DNA from: Bacillota bacterium
Lineage (GTDB): Bacteria > Bacillota > Dethiobacteria > DTU022
DNA: 64,000 nt
Assembly (NCBI GenBank): GCA_019428945.1
Contig: JAHYJM010000001.1
Coordinates: 18,267-82,266 of the forward strand
Direction: 5' to 3'
The notes beneath the pieces were generated by a model. The model had not been told where the DNA came from, made no database searches, and worked only from the letters and a program-made list of their open reading frames with translations. Each line of letters begins with the position of its first letter. Position 1 is the first letter of the stretch. Positions 1 through 9,875 of the stretch are shown one piece after another. The position numbers were made by a program, and so were the translations under genes.

Positions 1-1
1 A

Positions 2-388
2 GTGGATCTGATTGTAGTGGGAGCCGACAGGATTGCTGCGAATGGAGATACCGCAAATAAAATAGGCACTTATTCACTGGCAGTCCTGGCCAATTATCAT
101 AATATTCCCTTCTACGTGGCAGCCCCTTTATCAACGGTAGATCTAATGATCGATTCCGGTCATGAGATTATTATAGAAGAAAGAAAGGAAATTGAAGTTA
201 CCTCGCTTTACGGCAAGTCCATAGCACCTGAAGGCATCAAGGCGCTAAATTATGCTTTCGATGTAACTCCGGCAGAATTAATTACAGCAATAGTCACTGA
301 AAAAGGTGTTATAAAAAAACCGGATAGAAATAAAATAGCAGCTCAGTTCAGGGAAGGAGGCTTTTCTTTTGAAGAGCATATTGATTAA
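2..388 (+). CDS. mtnA: S-methyl-5-thioribose-1-phosphate isomerase, C-terminal part (truncated by window edge)
   Basis: [26 protein letters not shown] and NYAFDVTP motifs of the eIF2B/MtnA family; next to an MTA/SAH deaminase-like gene. Confidence 0.9.
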   Translation: MDLIVVGADRIAANGDTANKIGTYSLAVLANYHNIPFYVAAPLSTVDLMIDSGHEIIIEERKEIEVTSLYGKSIAPEGIKALNYAFDVTPAELITAIVTEKGVIKKPDRNKIAAQFREGGFSFEEHID

Positions 389-1688
389 AAACACCCTGCT
401 CATAACATTAGACGACAACAGGCCTGATTACTTCAACGGAGATATTTTACTGGATCATGGTCTTATAGCTGAAATCTGCGAAGCTCCGGCATCGGTAGAT
501 CCTCAACGGGCCGATCATATAATCGACGGGAGCCACTTGATTGTTATGCCCGGTTTAATCAACACCCACGGACATGCGGCAATGACACTGTTCAGGAGTT
601 TTGCTGATGACCTGCCGCTGAAAGAGTGGCTGGAAGATAAAATATGGCCGATTGAGGAATACCTAACAGCTGATGATGTATACTGGGGTACAATGCTGGC
701 TATCGCAGAAATGATTAAGGGCGGAACAACTACATTTACTGATATGTATTTCTACATGGAAAAAGTTGCTGAAGCTACTGCAGAAAGCGGCATCAGGGCT
801 GTTTTGTCCAGGGGAATGATCGGCTTTGGAGATTCAGCAGCACAGGGTTTACGCGAAACTGAGCAGTTCATCAATAACTGGCAGGGAAGGGAAGAAGGCC
901 GGATTAATGTATATCTGGGCCCCCATGCCCCATACACATGTCCGCCTGAATATCTGAAAAAAGTAATGGCCCTTGCAGAAAAAACAAGCAGACCGCTTCA
1001 AATTCATCTTTCCGAAACCAAAAGAGAGGTGGAAGAAAGTATCCGTAATTTTGGTAAAAGCCCCGTTGAACTTGTTTATGAGCTGGGTCTCTTTAATTAT
1101 CCCGTTACGGCTGCTCATTGTGTGCACTTAAGTGATCGTGATTTGGAAATATTGGCTGACAGACAAGTCGGCGTTGCCCATAACCCGGGCAGCAATTTAA
1201 AACTGGGCAGTGGAATAGCCCGGGTGACTGATATGCTTGAGAAAGGTATCAGTGTCGGAATCGGCACTGACGGAGCAGCCAGCAATAACAACCTTGATAT
1301 GATTGAAGAAATCCGTCTCGTTGCCCTGCTGGAAAAGGGGATAAAAATGGACCCCACACTGGTGGAGGCAAAAACTGCCCTTAAGATGGCCACATCAATT
1401 GGAGCTTCCGCTTTGAACCTGAAAGAAATCGGCATCCTGAAAGTAGGGTTCAAAGCTGATCTTATCGGTATCAGCCGCAACCATCCCAACCTTATGCCTA
1501 TGCACAACCCGCTCGCCCACATTGTCTATGCAGCAGCAGCAGCAGATGTGGAATATGTAGTTGTCAACGGGAACATCCTCCTCAATAAGGGCGAACTGAC
1601 GGGAATTGATGAAGAAAAGATCATGTATGAAGCTTCAAAACATGCAGAACGGCTTGTTATAGAAAATAAAGGAAAACAGGATGAATAA
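369..1688 (+). CDS. mtaD: Amidohydrolase, 5'-methylthioadenosine/S-adenosylhomocysteine deaminase-like
   Basis: PGLINTHGH metal motif, [28 protein letters not shown]; overlaps mtnA. Confidence 0.8.
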   Translation: MKSILIKNTLLITLDDNRPDYFNGDILLDHGLIAEICEAPASVDPQRADHIIDGSHLIVMPGLINTHGHAAMTLFRSFADDLPLKEWLEDKIWPIEEYLTADDVYWGTMLAIAEMIKGGTTTFTDMYFYMEKVAEATAESGIRAVLSRGMIGFGDSAAQGLRETEQFINNWQGREEGRINVYLGPHAPYTCPPEYLKKVMALAEKTSRPLQIHLSETKREVEESIRNFGKSPVELVYELGLFNYPVTAAHCVHLSDRDLEILADRQVGVAHNPGSNLKLGSGIARVTDMLEKGISVGIGTDGAASNNNLDMIEEIRLVALLEKGIKMDPTLVEAKTALKMATSIGASALNLKEIGILKVGFKADLIGISRNHPNLMPMHNPLAHIVYAAAAADVEYVVVNGNILLNKGELTGIDEEKIMYEASKHAERLVIENKGKQDE

Positions 1689-2478
1689 TATGGATAACTT
1701 ACATATTCTAATCACTAACGATGATGGGATTCACGCTGATGGCATCCAGTATTTAAGCCAGGTACTGGCTGAAGATAACAGTAATTACAGACTCTCAATT
1801 ATTGCGCCTGATCGTGAAAGAAGCGCCGTGGGTCACGCAATTACCATGCATAAACCGCTAAGGGTCGAACATATAACTTTTATGCATAACCCGGCGCTGT
1901 CAGGTTGGTCGGTAAATGGCACACCCTCTGACTGTGTAAAGCTGGCAGTGGAAGCTATTCTTGATCACAAACCCGACCTGGTTATTTCAGGCATCAACAG
2001 GGGAAGCAATCTCGGCACCGATGTCCTTTATTCCGGTACTGTATCCGCAGCGGTTGAAGGTTTAATCATGGGTATTCCTTCTGTAGCATTATCCTTAACG
2101 GCTGCTGGAAAGAGCGAAAATTACATTTATGCAGCCCGTTTTATCGGCAAGCTGATACCGGTCCTGATCAATAGCTCTATTGAACCTTCTACGTTAATCA
2201 ATGTGAATGTTCCTGCAGATACAGGTTCTATTAAGGGTGTCAGGGTTACATCGCTCGGTTCACGGCGTTATTGCAACACTTTTGAAAAACGTGTCGATCC
2301 GCGGGGTATGTATTATTACTGGATGGCCGGAGAACTTGTAGATGATGATCCTGAAGATGATGACAGCGATACTAAAGCAATCAGGGAAAAGTATATTTCT
2401 GTTACACCAATCCACTTTCAACTTACAAACCGGCAGGTTATGCCCGAATTGAACCGGTTAATTGATTCAATCAGTTAG
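1681..2478 (+). CDS. surE: 5'/3'-nucleotidase SurE
   Basis: ILITNDDGI, GTPSDCV, SGINRGSNLG, YSGTVSAA. Confidence 0.95.
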   Translation: MNNMDNLHILITNDDGIHADGIQYLSQVLAEDNSNYRLSIIAPDRERSAVGHAITMHKPLRVEHITFMHNPALSGWSVNGTPSDCVKLAVEAILDHKPDLVISGINRGSNLGTDVLYSGTVSAAVEGLIMGIPSVALSLTAAGKSENYIYAARFIGKLIPVLINSSIEPSTLINVNVPADTGSIKGVRVTSLGSRRYCNTFEKRVDPRGMYYYWMAGELVDDDPEDDDSDTKAIREKYISVTPIHFQLTNRQVMPELNRLIDSIS

Positions 2479-2519
2479 AAACCATGTTCAAAGAAAACGG
2501 TACAAATAAGGTGGTTTAA

Positions 2520-3941
2520 ATGCCAGTTCTTGAATCGTACGGAAAAAATTGCTACCGGATACCCCGGCAGGGCAATATGAATGCAGATGTTCTTGTTTAT
2601 CTAAACAGGGAACTCTACGAGGATTTCAAAGAAGACCAGCCTATCCAGCAGCTTATAGATGCCGCTACCCTGGAGGGTGTAATCAACCCGGTTATCGGTA
2701 TGCCCGACATTCATACAGGTTTCGGACTGCCAATTGGCGGGGTTATGGCTATGGATGCCCATAAGGGGCTTGTCTCTGCAGGAGCTGTGGGGATGGATAT
2801 AAATTGTGGCGTACGACTCCTGCACACAAATATTGCTGCTACAGATTTACACCTGCCTGAATTAAAAAAACTGATTGATGCAATAGAAAAAAGGGTGCCA
2901 AGTGGAATTGGCCAAAAAAGCAGACATTCTGCAGAAATAAGTAAAAACTTTAATGAAATTCTTATCAAAGGTGTTCCTCATTTAATAGAGATGGGAATCG
3001 GCCGCGATGAAGATCCTGATTCGATTGAAGACGGAGGATCTATGGCCGGTGCCGATTTAAAAGCTATCAGTAAAAAAGCATATGACAGGGGACTTCAGTT
3101 ATCAACAATTGGCGGCGGAAACCATTTTATTGAAATAGGGATGATTGAAAAGATTTATGACCCGGAATCGGCGGCTGCATTCGGCCTGACTGAAGGGAAT
3201 ATTACTGTTCTTATCCATACAGGCAGCAGGGGTTTTGGTCACCAGATCTGCACCGATTATTCTGCAGAAATGAAAAATAAAGCGACGGCTTATAACCTTA
3301 TTGTGCCATCTGCAGGGCTTGCCTCAGTTCCGATAGAATCGAGGGAAGGACAAAATTATCTCGGCGCCATGGTCGCTGCTGTTAATTTTGCTTTTTGCAA
3401 TCGACAATGGATCACAGATGATGTACGCAAAGCTTTTTGCTCGGTCTTTGGCGGGGGGGATGTCGATTACGGACTTAATCTGGTCTATGATGTAGCTCAC
3501 AATACAGCCCGTTTTGAAGAGATAAAAGGTAAGAAAATGCTTATTCACCGCAAAGGTGCAACCAGAGCCTTGCCGGCGGGGCATCCTGATAATCCTGAAA
3601 AATATTTAAAAACGGGGCACCCTGTTTTAATTCCCGGCAGCATGGGATCCGCCTCCTATGTTATAAAGGCTGAACACGGTGTTGAAGCTATCTATAATTC
3701 GGTTAATCACGGGGCTGGAAGGGTTCTCTCGAGAACTTCAGCAAAAAAAGAAATAACAGTAGAAGATCTTAAAGACAGGCTCGGTAAAGTAATTATTTCC
3801 GGCAGGGACTATAAGGCATATCTTGATGAAGCGCCACAGGCCTATAAAAATATTGACCAGGTTGTGGAAACATTTACTGAAATCGGGCTCAGCCGGAAAG
3901 TCGCCAGACTACGCCCCCTTGCAGTTATCAAGGGCGAATAA
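2520..3941 (+). CDS. rtcB: RtcB family RNA ligase
   Basis: MPDIHTGFGLPIGG, GMDINCGVR, GGGNHFIE, HTGSRGFGHQ, HRKGATRA, IPGSMG, NHGAGR, DEAPQAYK. Confidence 0.93.
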   Translation: MPVLESYGKNCYRIPRQGNMNADVLVYLNRELYEDFKEDQPIQQLIDAATLEGVINPVIGMPDIHTGFGLPIGGVMAMDAHKGLVSAGAVGMDINCGVRLLHTNIAATDLHLPELKKLIDAIEKRVPSGIGQKSRHSAEISKNFNEILIKGVPHLIEMGIGRDEDPDSIEDGGSMAGADLKAISKKAYDRGLQLSTIGGGNHFIEIGMIEKIYDPESAAAFGLTEGNITVLIHTGSRGFGHQICTDYSAEMKNKATAYNLIVPSAGLASVPIESREGQNYLGAMVAAVNFAFCNRQWITDDVRKAFCSVFGGGDVDYGLNLVYDVAHNTARFEEIKGKKMLIHRKGATRALPAGHPDNPEKYLKTGHPVLIPGSMGSASYVIKAEHGVEAIYNSVNHGAGRVLSRTSAKKEITVEDLKDRLGKVIISGRDYKAYLDEAPQAYKNIDQVVETFTEIGLSRKVARLRPLAVIKGE

Positions 3942-3972
3942 ATGACTGAATACCTTAAGATGGAGGGATAAT

Positions 3973-4935
3973 ATGATCTACTTAAATGCCGATACTTTAC
4001 TGAATGCTGCCGCACTTGAAGAAATAATGGATGTGATTGAGCAGGCCTATGCGATTGAAACCGAGGGTTCTTTTGTGATGCCGCCCCGCATGCACATCGA
4101 CTATAACAATAATACCCTGCTTTATATGCCTTGTTTTCTCGAAACTATTTTTGGCACAAAAATCTTGTCCCTTTTTCCCGGAAACGCTGCAAAAGGGATT
4201 CCGGTTATAAGCGGACTTGTGCTTTTAAACGACAAAAACAGCGGTCATCCCCTGGCCATTCTCGACGGTGGCAGACTGACCGCGTTAAGAACCGGAGCAG
4301 TCGGTGGAGTCGCTGTCAGGCATACAGCACCACCTGCGGCAAAAAGTGCCGGCCTGGTTGGCTCAGGTGTCCAGGGTTACTATCAGCTTCTTTTTGCATC
4401 GAAGGCCCGCAACCTTGAAACTATATCTGTTTATGATCTTGATCAGGATAAAGTAAAAGGATTTTGCGACCGCTTGCAAAAAGATCTGCCTGAAATTGAA
4501 ATCAGGCCGGCTAAAAAGATTGAAGATTTACTTGATCATTCAGAAATAGTTATTACAGCAACACCTTCAGAAAAACCTGTCTTGCCTGATGATGAAAAAC
4601 TGCTGCAGAATAAGAGTTACATTGGTATCGGTTCTTATAAACCTGAAATGAGGGAGTTTCCGCGCTCCTTATATAAACTGGTAGACAGAGTATTGATCGA
4701 TACTGCCCATGGCCTGGAAGAATCGGGCGACTTGATTACACCCCTGCAGGAAAAGTGGATTGAGCCCGGCCAGATTTTAGAATTCGGTAAATATCTTTCC
4801 GAAGAGGCTAAAACGGAAATTCCCAACGCAACAACACTTTTCAAATCTGTTGGAATGGCTTTATTTGACATAGCAGTTGGTGAGCTGCTCTATTGTAAAG
4901 CGCTGGAGAAAGGTCTGGGGATAAATCTTGATTAA
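3973..4935 (+). CDS. Ornithine cyclodeaminase/mu-crystallin family protein (candidate pyrroline-2-carboxylate reductase)
   Basis: LTALRTGA, GSGVQG Rossmann motif, IGSYKP..RE, FKSVGMALFD. Confidence 0.88.
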   Translation: MIYLNADTLLNAAALEEIMDVIEQAYAIETEGSFVMPPRMHIDYNNNTLLYMPCFLETIFGTKILSLFPGNAAKGIPVISGLVLLNDKNSGHPLAILDGGRLTALRTGAVGGVAVRHTAPPAAKSAGLVGSGVQGYYQLLFASKARNLETISVYDLDQDKVKGFCDRLQKDLPEIEIRPAKKIEDLLDHSEIVITATPSEKPVLPDDEKLLQNKSYIGIGSYKPEMREFPRSLYKLVDRVLIDTAHGLEESGDLITPLQEKWIEPGQILEFGKYLSEEAKTEIPNATTLFKSVGMALFDIAVGELLYCKALEKGLGINLD

Positions 4936-6550
4936 GCGGGAGAAATTAGATATTAATGTAATCCCACCAAGTATTTTTAATGATGTGATCGGCCCGATCA
5001 TGAGAGGCCCCTCAAGCTCTCATACTGCCGCTGCCGTTCGTATTGGCACCATTGTCAGGCAGTTTCTCGGTAATCCCTGCCGGCGTCTGCTGGTAGAATT
5101 TGCGCCGCATGGTTCACTTGCCACTACATATAAAAGTCAGGGTTCAGACATAGGTCTGGTCGGCGGATTGATCGGGATGGAACTTACCGATGACCGCCTG
5201 GTTAATGCCCTGGATATTGCCCGAAATAACGGCATTAAAGTAACCTTTAAAATTACAGATTTTGAGGCTTCACACCCTAATACTTACCGGATTTCTGCAA
5301 CAACTGGAGAAAAAGGCGCTCCTGAATTCAGGTTTTCTTTTATTTCAACCGGGGGAGGAATGATTGAACTTACAAGTATCAACGGTATCCCCATATCTGT
5401 AAGCGGAGGCTATCATGAAGCTATTTTTTTTGTCAACACTTCGCTTGTATCAAATGCCTCCCGGCTGGAAGAAAAAATTATCGGGATGCATCCTGAAATA
5501 GATACCTGCCGGGTATCTTCTTCCGGACAGTCAGCACTGGTTAACATCAAAACAGCGCAGCCCGCCGGCGCAGAAATTATCGATAATATCAGGGGCTTAG
5601 TAAATTACGCTCACCTTGTTCAGCTTGCTCCGGTCTTACCGGTGCATTCCCGCAAAAGTATCAGCGTCCCCTTTAAAAATGCTTCCGAACTGCTCCTTGC
5701 TGCATCAACCGGTAATAAAGAGCTATGGGAACTGGCGCTTTTATACGAATCACAAAGAAGCAATCTGGCGGAGGAACAAATTCTCAGGATGGGCAAAGAA
5801 GTATTGGCAGCAATGAAAGGATCTATTGAAGAAGGCCTCTCCGGAACCGTTTATAGTAACCGAATCCTCGGCCCCCAGGCTGCAAAAGTTCTAAATCACA
5901 ATGGCGCGCTGATCGGGGGAAGCCTTATAAAAAACCTTATAGCATATATCACGGCGGCGATGGAGACGAAAAGTGCTATGGGAGTAATAGTTGCTGCGCC
6001 AACTGCAGGTTCATGCGCAGGTCTGCCCGGAACTTTGTTTGCCGCTGCAGAAGATCTTGGATCTGATGATACCGCTATCCTTAAGGGTCTGCTTGCAGCC
6101 GGCATTACCGGCATTCTAATCATAAATCATAGCACATTTGCTGCTGAAGAATGTGGCTGCCAGGCCGAATGCGGCTCCGGATCGGCTATGACCGCAGCAG
6201 GGCTGGTTCAAATGGCCGGCGGTACTGTAGAAACCGCTCTTTCAGCTGCTTCAATGGCCATGCAAAACATTATCGGCATGATCTGCGATCCTGTCGCAAA
6301 CAGGGTCGAAGTTCCCTGTCTCGGGAAGAATATACTTGCAGGAATGAATGCTGTAGCTTCAGCAAATATGGCTCTTTGCGGATTTGACCAGGTCATACCA
6401 TTTGATGAAACAATTGCAGCATTTGATCAGGCAGGCAGAATGATTCCGGCAGAACTGCGCTGCACCGGGAAAGCCGGTTTATCAGTTACACCGACATCGC
6501 TGCGTATTCATAAAAAGCTAAATCTGCCTGAATATGAAAACGAAGCATAG
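4928..6550 (+). CDS. Fe-S-dependent L-serine dehydratase family, fused beta(+ACT-like)-alpha subunits
   Basis: N-terminal IGPIMRGPSSSHTAAAVRIG and STGGG; C-terminal AAPTAGS, GCQAECG, GMICDPV...VEVPC, LRCTG with three cluster Cys. Confidence 0.85.
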   Translation: MIKREKLDINVIPPSIFNDVIGPIMRGPSSSHTAAAVRIGTIVRQFLGNPCRRLLVEFAPHGSLATTYKSQGSDIGLVGGLIGMELTDDRLVNALDIARNNGIKVTFKITDFEASHPNTYRISATTGEKGAPEFRFSFISTGGGMIELTSINGIPISVSGGYHEAIFFVNTSLVSNASRLEEKIIGMHPEIDTCRVSSSGQSALVNIKTAQPAGAEIIDNIRGLVNYAHLVQLAPVLPVHSRKSISVPFKNASELLLAASTGNKELWELALLYESQRSNLAEEQILRMGKEVLAAMKGSIEEGLSGTVYSNRILGPQAAKVLNHNGALIGGSLIKNLIAYITAAMETKSAMGVIVAAPTAGSCAGLPGTLFAAAEDLGSDDTAILKGLLAAGITGILIINHSTFAAEECGCQAECGSGSAMTAAGLVQMAGGTVETALSAASMAMQNIIGMICDPVANRVEVPCLGKNILAGMNAVASANMALCGFDQVIPFDETIAAFDQAGRMIPAELRCTGKAGLSVTPTSLRIHKKLNLPEYENEA

Positions 6551-6627
6551 TATTTATTATGGTATAATTATTAGCGGATTCCTTTATTAATCAGCCCATG
6601 TAAAATAATTTTTATAATTACACGGAG

Positions 6628-7029
6628 GTGTTTAATTTGAAAATTGTCGGCACAAATGAAAAAGAGTGCACACTATGCGGAGCCTGTGAAACAATTTGCT
6701 CCACTTTCTATTTTAAAGAAGATAACAGGCTGAAGTCTTCCATTCAGGTAGAAGAAGTTGAAGTCAGCCCCGGAGCAGCTATTCATGTCTGCAACCAGTG
6801 CGGCAAATGCATCGAAGTATGCCCGGTGGAAGCTATAACCCGCACTAAAAAAGGTATCGTGATCATTAATAAGAAGACCTGTATAGGCTGCTTTAACTGC
6901 GTTGGCGTCTGTCCGACAAACACAATGTTCTGGCATGAAGATCTTGTCGAACCATTTAAATGTATCGCCTGTGCCCGCTGCACCAAAGAATGCCCGACAG
7001 AGGCAATCTTTATGGAGGAAGTTTCTTAA
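6628..7029 (+). CDS. Polyferredoxin (multiple 4Fe-4S) subunit associated with the aldehyde oxidoreductase
   Basis: CTLCGACETIC, CNQCGKCIEVCP, CIGCFNCVGVCP, CIACARCTKECP. Confidence 0.9.
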   Translation: MFNLKIVGTNEKECTLCGACETICSTFYFKEDNRLKSSIQVEEVEVSPGAAIHVCNQCGKCIEVCPVEAITRTKKGIVIINKKTCIGCFNCVGVCPTNTMFWHEDLVEPFKCIACARCTKECPTEAIFMEEVS

Positions 7030-7031
7030 AA

Positions 7032-7061
7032 GCAGGAAACAGGATTTAGAGAAGTGAATCT
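7032..7061 (+). promoter_or_regulatory. Putative sigma-H-type promoter upstream of the aldehyde oxidoreductase
   Basis: GCAGGAAAC-N12-AGTGAATCT resembles RNAGGAWWW-N11/12-RNNGAATWW. Confidence 0.4.
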
Positions 7062-7149
7062 TTAAGTTGTAATAAATTGGAATACATTTTAAGATGTAAC
7101 CGATCATAAATAAATTAAATAGACCGTTAATATATTTACAGGAGGCTAA

Positions 7150-9312
7150 ATGATGGCTACGAGTATTGAAGATATGCGTAAATCAAGAAAAGTGCTGGCC
7201 GGCTACGATTATGAGCAGGCCGGCGTCGAAAAAGGCTACACGGGAAAAACGCTTTATATAAATATTTCTGATTATACAATTAAACCTAAAGATGTAACCG
7301 AAGAGATGAAAGATATCTTCATCGGCGGTAAAGGTTTTGGACTATGGTACCTCTGGAATGGAATAAAACCTGAAACTAAATGGAATGATCCGGAAAACGA
7401 AATAGTAATATCTTCCGGTCCGATTGGTGGTATCACCCAGTATCCCGGCTCTGGAAAATCACTGGTAGTTACACTTTCGCCTCTGACAAAATCTATAATG
7501 GACAGCAATGTTGGTGGCTTCTTTGGCCCATATCTGAAGTTTTCCGGTTGGGACGCTTTAGAGATTCAGGGAAAATCTGAAAAAGATATTGTAGTCTTCA
7601 TCGATGGAGATAAAGGTCGGGTTACAATTGAAGAAGTAGATATTGACCCGGCGGCAAGCCATCTGGTCAGTGAGCAGCTCACTGAGCTACTGGCAGAAAA
7701 TGAAAAAGATAAAAAGAACATTTCAATTGTTTCTTCCGGCAGTGGGGGCGAAAACACCAATATTGGCATTCTTAATTTTTCATTTTACGATCTGCGCAGA
7801 AAAGCTGCCCGGATGAAACAGGCCGGCAGGGGAGGTATTGGTACGGTATTCAGAGACAAGAAAATAGCCGCACTTGCCGTAAAATTTTCAAGCCTGAGCG
7901 GAAGGAGCAATAACCCTGCTGATCCGGCGAAAGTTGCAAAAACAGGAGTTAAAATTACCCGTGAGATAAATAAATTTGATGCTGAACAGTTCAGAATGCG
8001 CCAGATAGGCACGGCAAACCTGATGACTCCGATGAACGACTACGATTTGCTGCCTGTGCATAATTTTAAATATGGATCTCATCCTGACGCCGTTGGCATC
8101 TCCTCAGATACACTACGCGATCGTTTTACCCAGAATATGCCTGATGGATGCTGGGTAGGCTGTGCGCTCTCCTGCTGTAAAGCCGTTGACAATTTCGAAC
8201 TTAAAACAGGCCCTTATAAAGGCGATAAAGTTCTCGTTGACGGGCCGGAATACGAAAATGCTGCTGGGCTGGGTGCCAACTGCGGTATATTTGACGCCGA
8301 TTATGTTATTGAAGCCAATTTCTACTGTGATACCTACGGTATTGATACCATATCTACGGGCACATTGATTGCATTTGCGATGGAATGCTATGAAAACGGG
8401 ATAATCGATAAAAAGATCACCGGAGGCCTGGAGCTTAATTTCGGGAATGCCGATGCTGCCATGGAACTGATTCACCAAATGGGTCAGGGCAAAGGGTTCG
8501 GTAAGATAGCCGGCCAGGGAGTACGCAGAATGAAGCAGATTTTTGCTGAAGAATATGGCGCCGATCCCGCTTTTCTCCAGGATATCGGGATGGAAAATAA
8601 AGGACTTGAATATTCGCAGTACCAGGCCAAGGAATCGCTGGCACAGCAGGGTGGCTATGCCATGACAAACAAAGGTCCCCAGCACGACGAAGCCTGGCTT
8701 ATATTTATGGATATGGTAAATAATCAGCTGCCAACTTTCGAAAAGAAAGCTGAAGCGCTGCATTATTTCCCCATGTTCAGAACCTGGTTTGGTCTAATGG
8801 GATTGTGCAAACTGCCATGGAACGATATTATACCTGAAGGTAACTCTCAAACAGAAAGTCCGGAAAAAATCCCGGAGCATGTTCAGAATTATATCGATAT
8901 TTTTAATGCAGTTACCGGAAAAAACATTGATCAGGATGAAATGATCAGGCAGTCGGAGCGTGTCTATAATTTTCAGCGAATATTTAATTTACGCCTCGGG
9001 TTCGGAACACGTGAACATGATGCGGCGCCTTACAGGGCACTTGGTCCGGTTACAGAAGAAGAGTATGAATCACGTATTGAAAGATATGATAATCAGCTGA
9101 AAGAGGATGTTGGTATTGATCCTAGCGGGATGAGCATAGCAGAAAAAGTTAAGGCAATGCGTAAATACCGCGAAGGCCGCTATGAAACCCTGATCGATGT
9201 AGTATATGACCGCAGGGGCTGGACCAAAAACGGAGTACCTAAACTTGAAAAAATCAAAGAGCTCGGCATTGATTTTCCGGAAGTCGTTGATGTTGTCAAA
9301 AAGAACCTCTAA
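7150..9312 (+). CDS. Tungsten/molybdopterin aldehyde:ferredoxin oxidoreductase (AOR/WOR family)
   Basis: FIGGKG, SPLT...DSNVGG, QAGRGGIG, GCWVGCALSC cluster motif, DGPEYE, CDTYGIDTIS, GLCKLPW. Confidence 0.92.
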   Translation: MMATSIEDMRKSRKVLAGYDYEQAGVEKGYTGKTLYINISDYTIKPKDVTEEMKDIFIGGKGFGLWYLWNGIKPETKWNDPENEIVISSGPIGGITQYPGSGKSLVVTLSPLTKSIMDSNVGGFFGPYLKFSGWDALEIQGKSEKDIVVFIDGDKGRVTIEEVDIDPAASHLVSEQLTELLAENEKDKKNISIVSSGSGGENTNIGILNFSFYDLRRKAARMKQAGRGGIGTVFRDKKIAALAVKFSSLSGRSNNPADPAKVAKTGVKITREINKFDAEQFRMRQIGTANLMTPMNDYDLLPVHNFKYGSHPDAVGISSDTLRDRFTQNMPDGCWVGCALSCCKAVDNFELKTGPYKGDKVLVDGPEYENAAGLGANCGIFDADYVIEANFYCDTYGIDTISTGTLIAFAMECYENGIIDKKITGGLELNFGNADAAMELIHQMGQGKGFGKIAGQGVRRMKQIFAEEYGADPAFLQDIGMENKGLEYSQYQAKESLAQQGGYAMTNKGPQHDEAWLIFMDMVNNQLPTFEKKAEALHYFPMFRTWFGLMGLCKLPWNDIIPEGNSQTESPEKIPEHVQNYIDIFNAVTGKNIDQDEMIRQSERVYNFQRIFNLRLGFGTREHDAAPYRALGPVTEEEYESRIERYDNQLKEDVGIDPSGMSIAEKVKAMRKYREGRYETLIDVVYDRRGWTKNGVPKLEKIKELGIDFPEVVDVVKKNL

Positions 9313-9377
9313 ACAGCTTCCCTGATTTACTGACAGAGGTTGCATTTCAGATTATAAAAGGCAGGAGCGTTGCTGTT

Positions 9378-9575
9378 GTGATCGAGGTAAACGGTAAAAA
9401 GGTGGAGTGGGAGAAAGATATGACTGTAGAAAAGCTGCTCAAAAAGATGAATTTCACCTTCCCCAAAATAGTTGTAAGGGTAAACGGAAAAGTGATTGAA
9501 AAAAGCGACTGGCAGGATTATCCGATTCCCGACCAATCAGTCGTTCAGGCTCATCATTTAATCGCCGGTGGATAA
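9378..9575 (+). CDS. ThiS/MoaD family sulfur carrier protein
   Basis: 65 aa ubiquitin-like sequence (IEVNG...VRVNG) ending in GG; follows the AOR gene. Confidence 0.88.
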   Translation: MIEVNGKKVEWEKDMTVEKLLKKMNFTFPKIVVRVNGKVIEKSDWQDYPIPDQSVVQAHHLIAGG

Positions 9576-9617
9576 TAATCGGTTCAAAAATTATAAAAGA
9601 AATTTAATAATTACAAC

Positions 9618-9646
9618 AGAGGAGATAAGCAGTTAAAAGAGAATTA
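9618..9646 (+). promoter_or_regulatory. Putative sigma-H-type promoter for the liv-type ABC operon
   Basis: AGAGGAGAT-N11-AGAGAATTA. Confidence 0.45.
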
Positions 9647-9875
9647 TTAAAGTTGTGCCGTTGCCCGATTATTGTGCCTGATTATATTTCCTGTCAGGTA
9701 TTGTGATCAGGCTAAAATGAGTAGAACTCTTTGCTTGTTTGCAATCACAGGTTAATAAGATTCCAGCAGGGGAGGTGAGCAGGGCGGTAATAATCTAAGA
9801 TTAACATTGGCAATAAAGTAGTCAGATTCGTTTCATATCGGTTGAAAGTATATTATTAAGAGGAGGTCATGTTAA

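Noticed and set aside
8113-8763. Long antisense or alternate-frame ORFs (e.g. 8113-8763, 18074-18700, 21955-22449, 61015-61630)
   Set aside because: Shadow frames of well-supported genes, with no motifs
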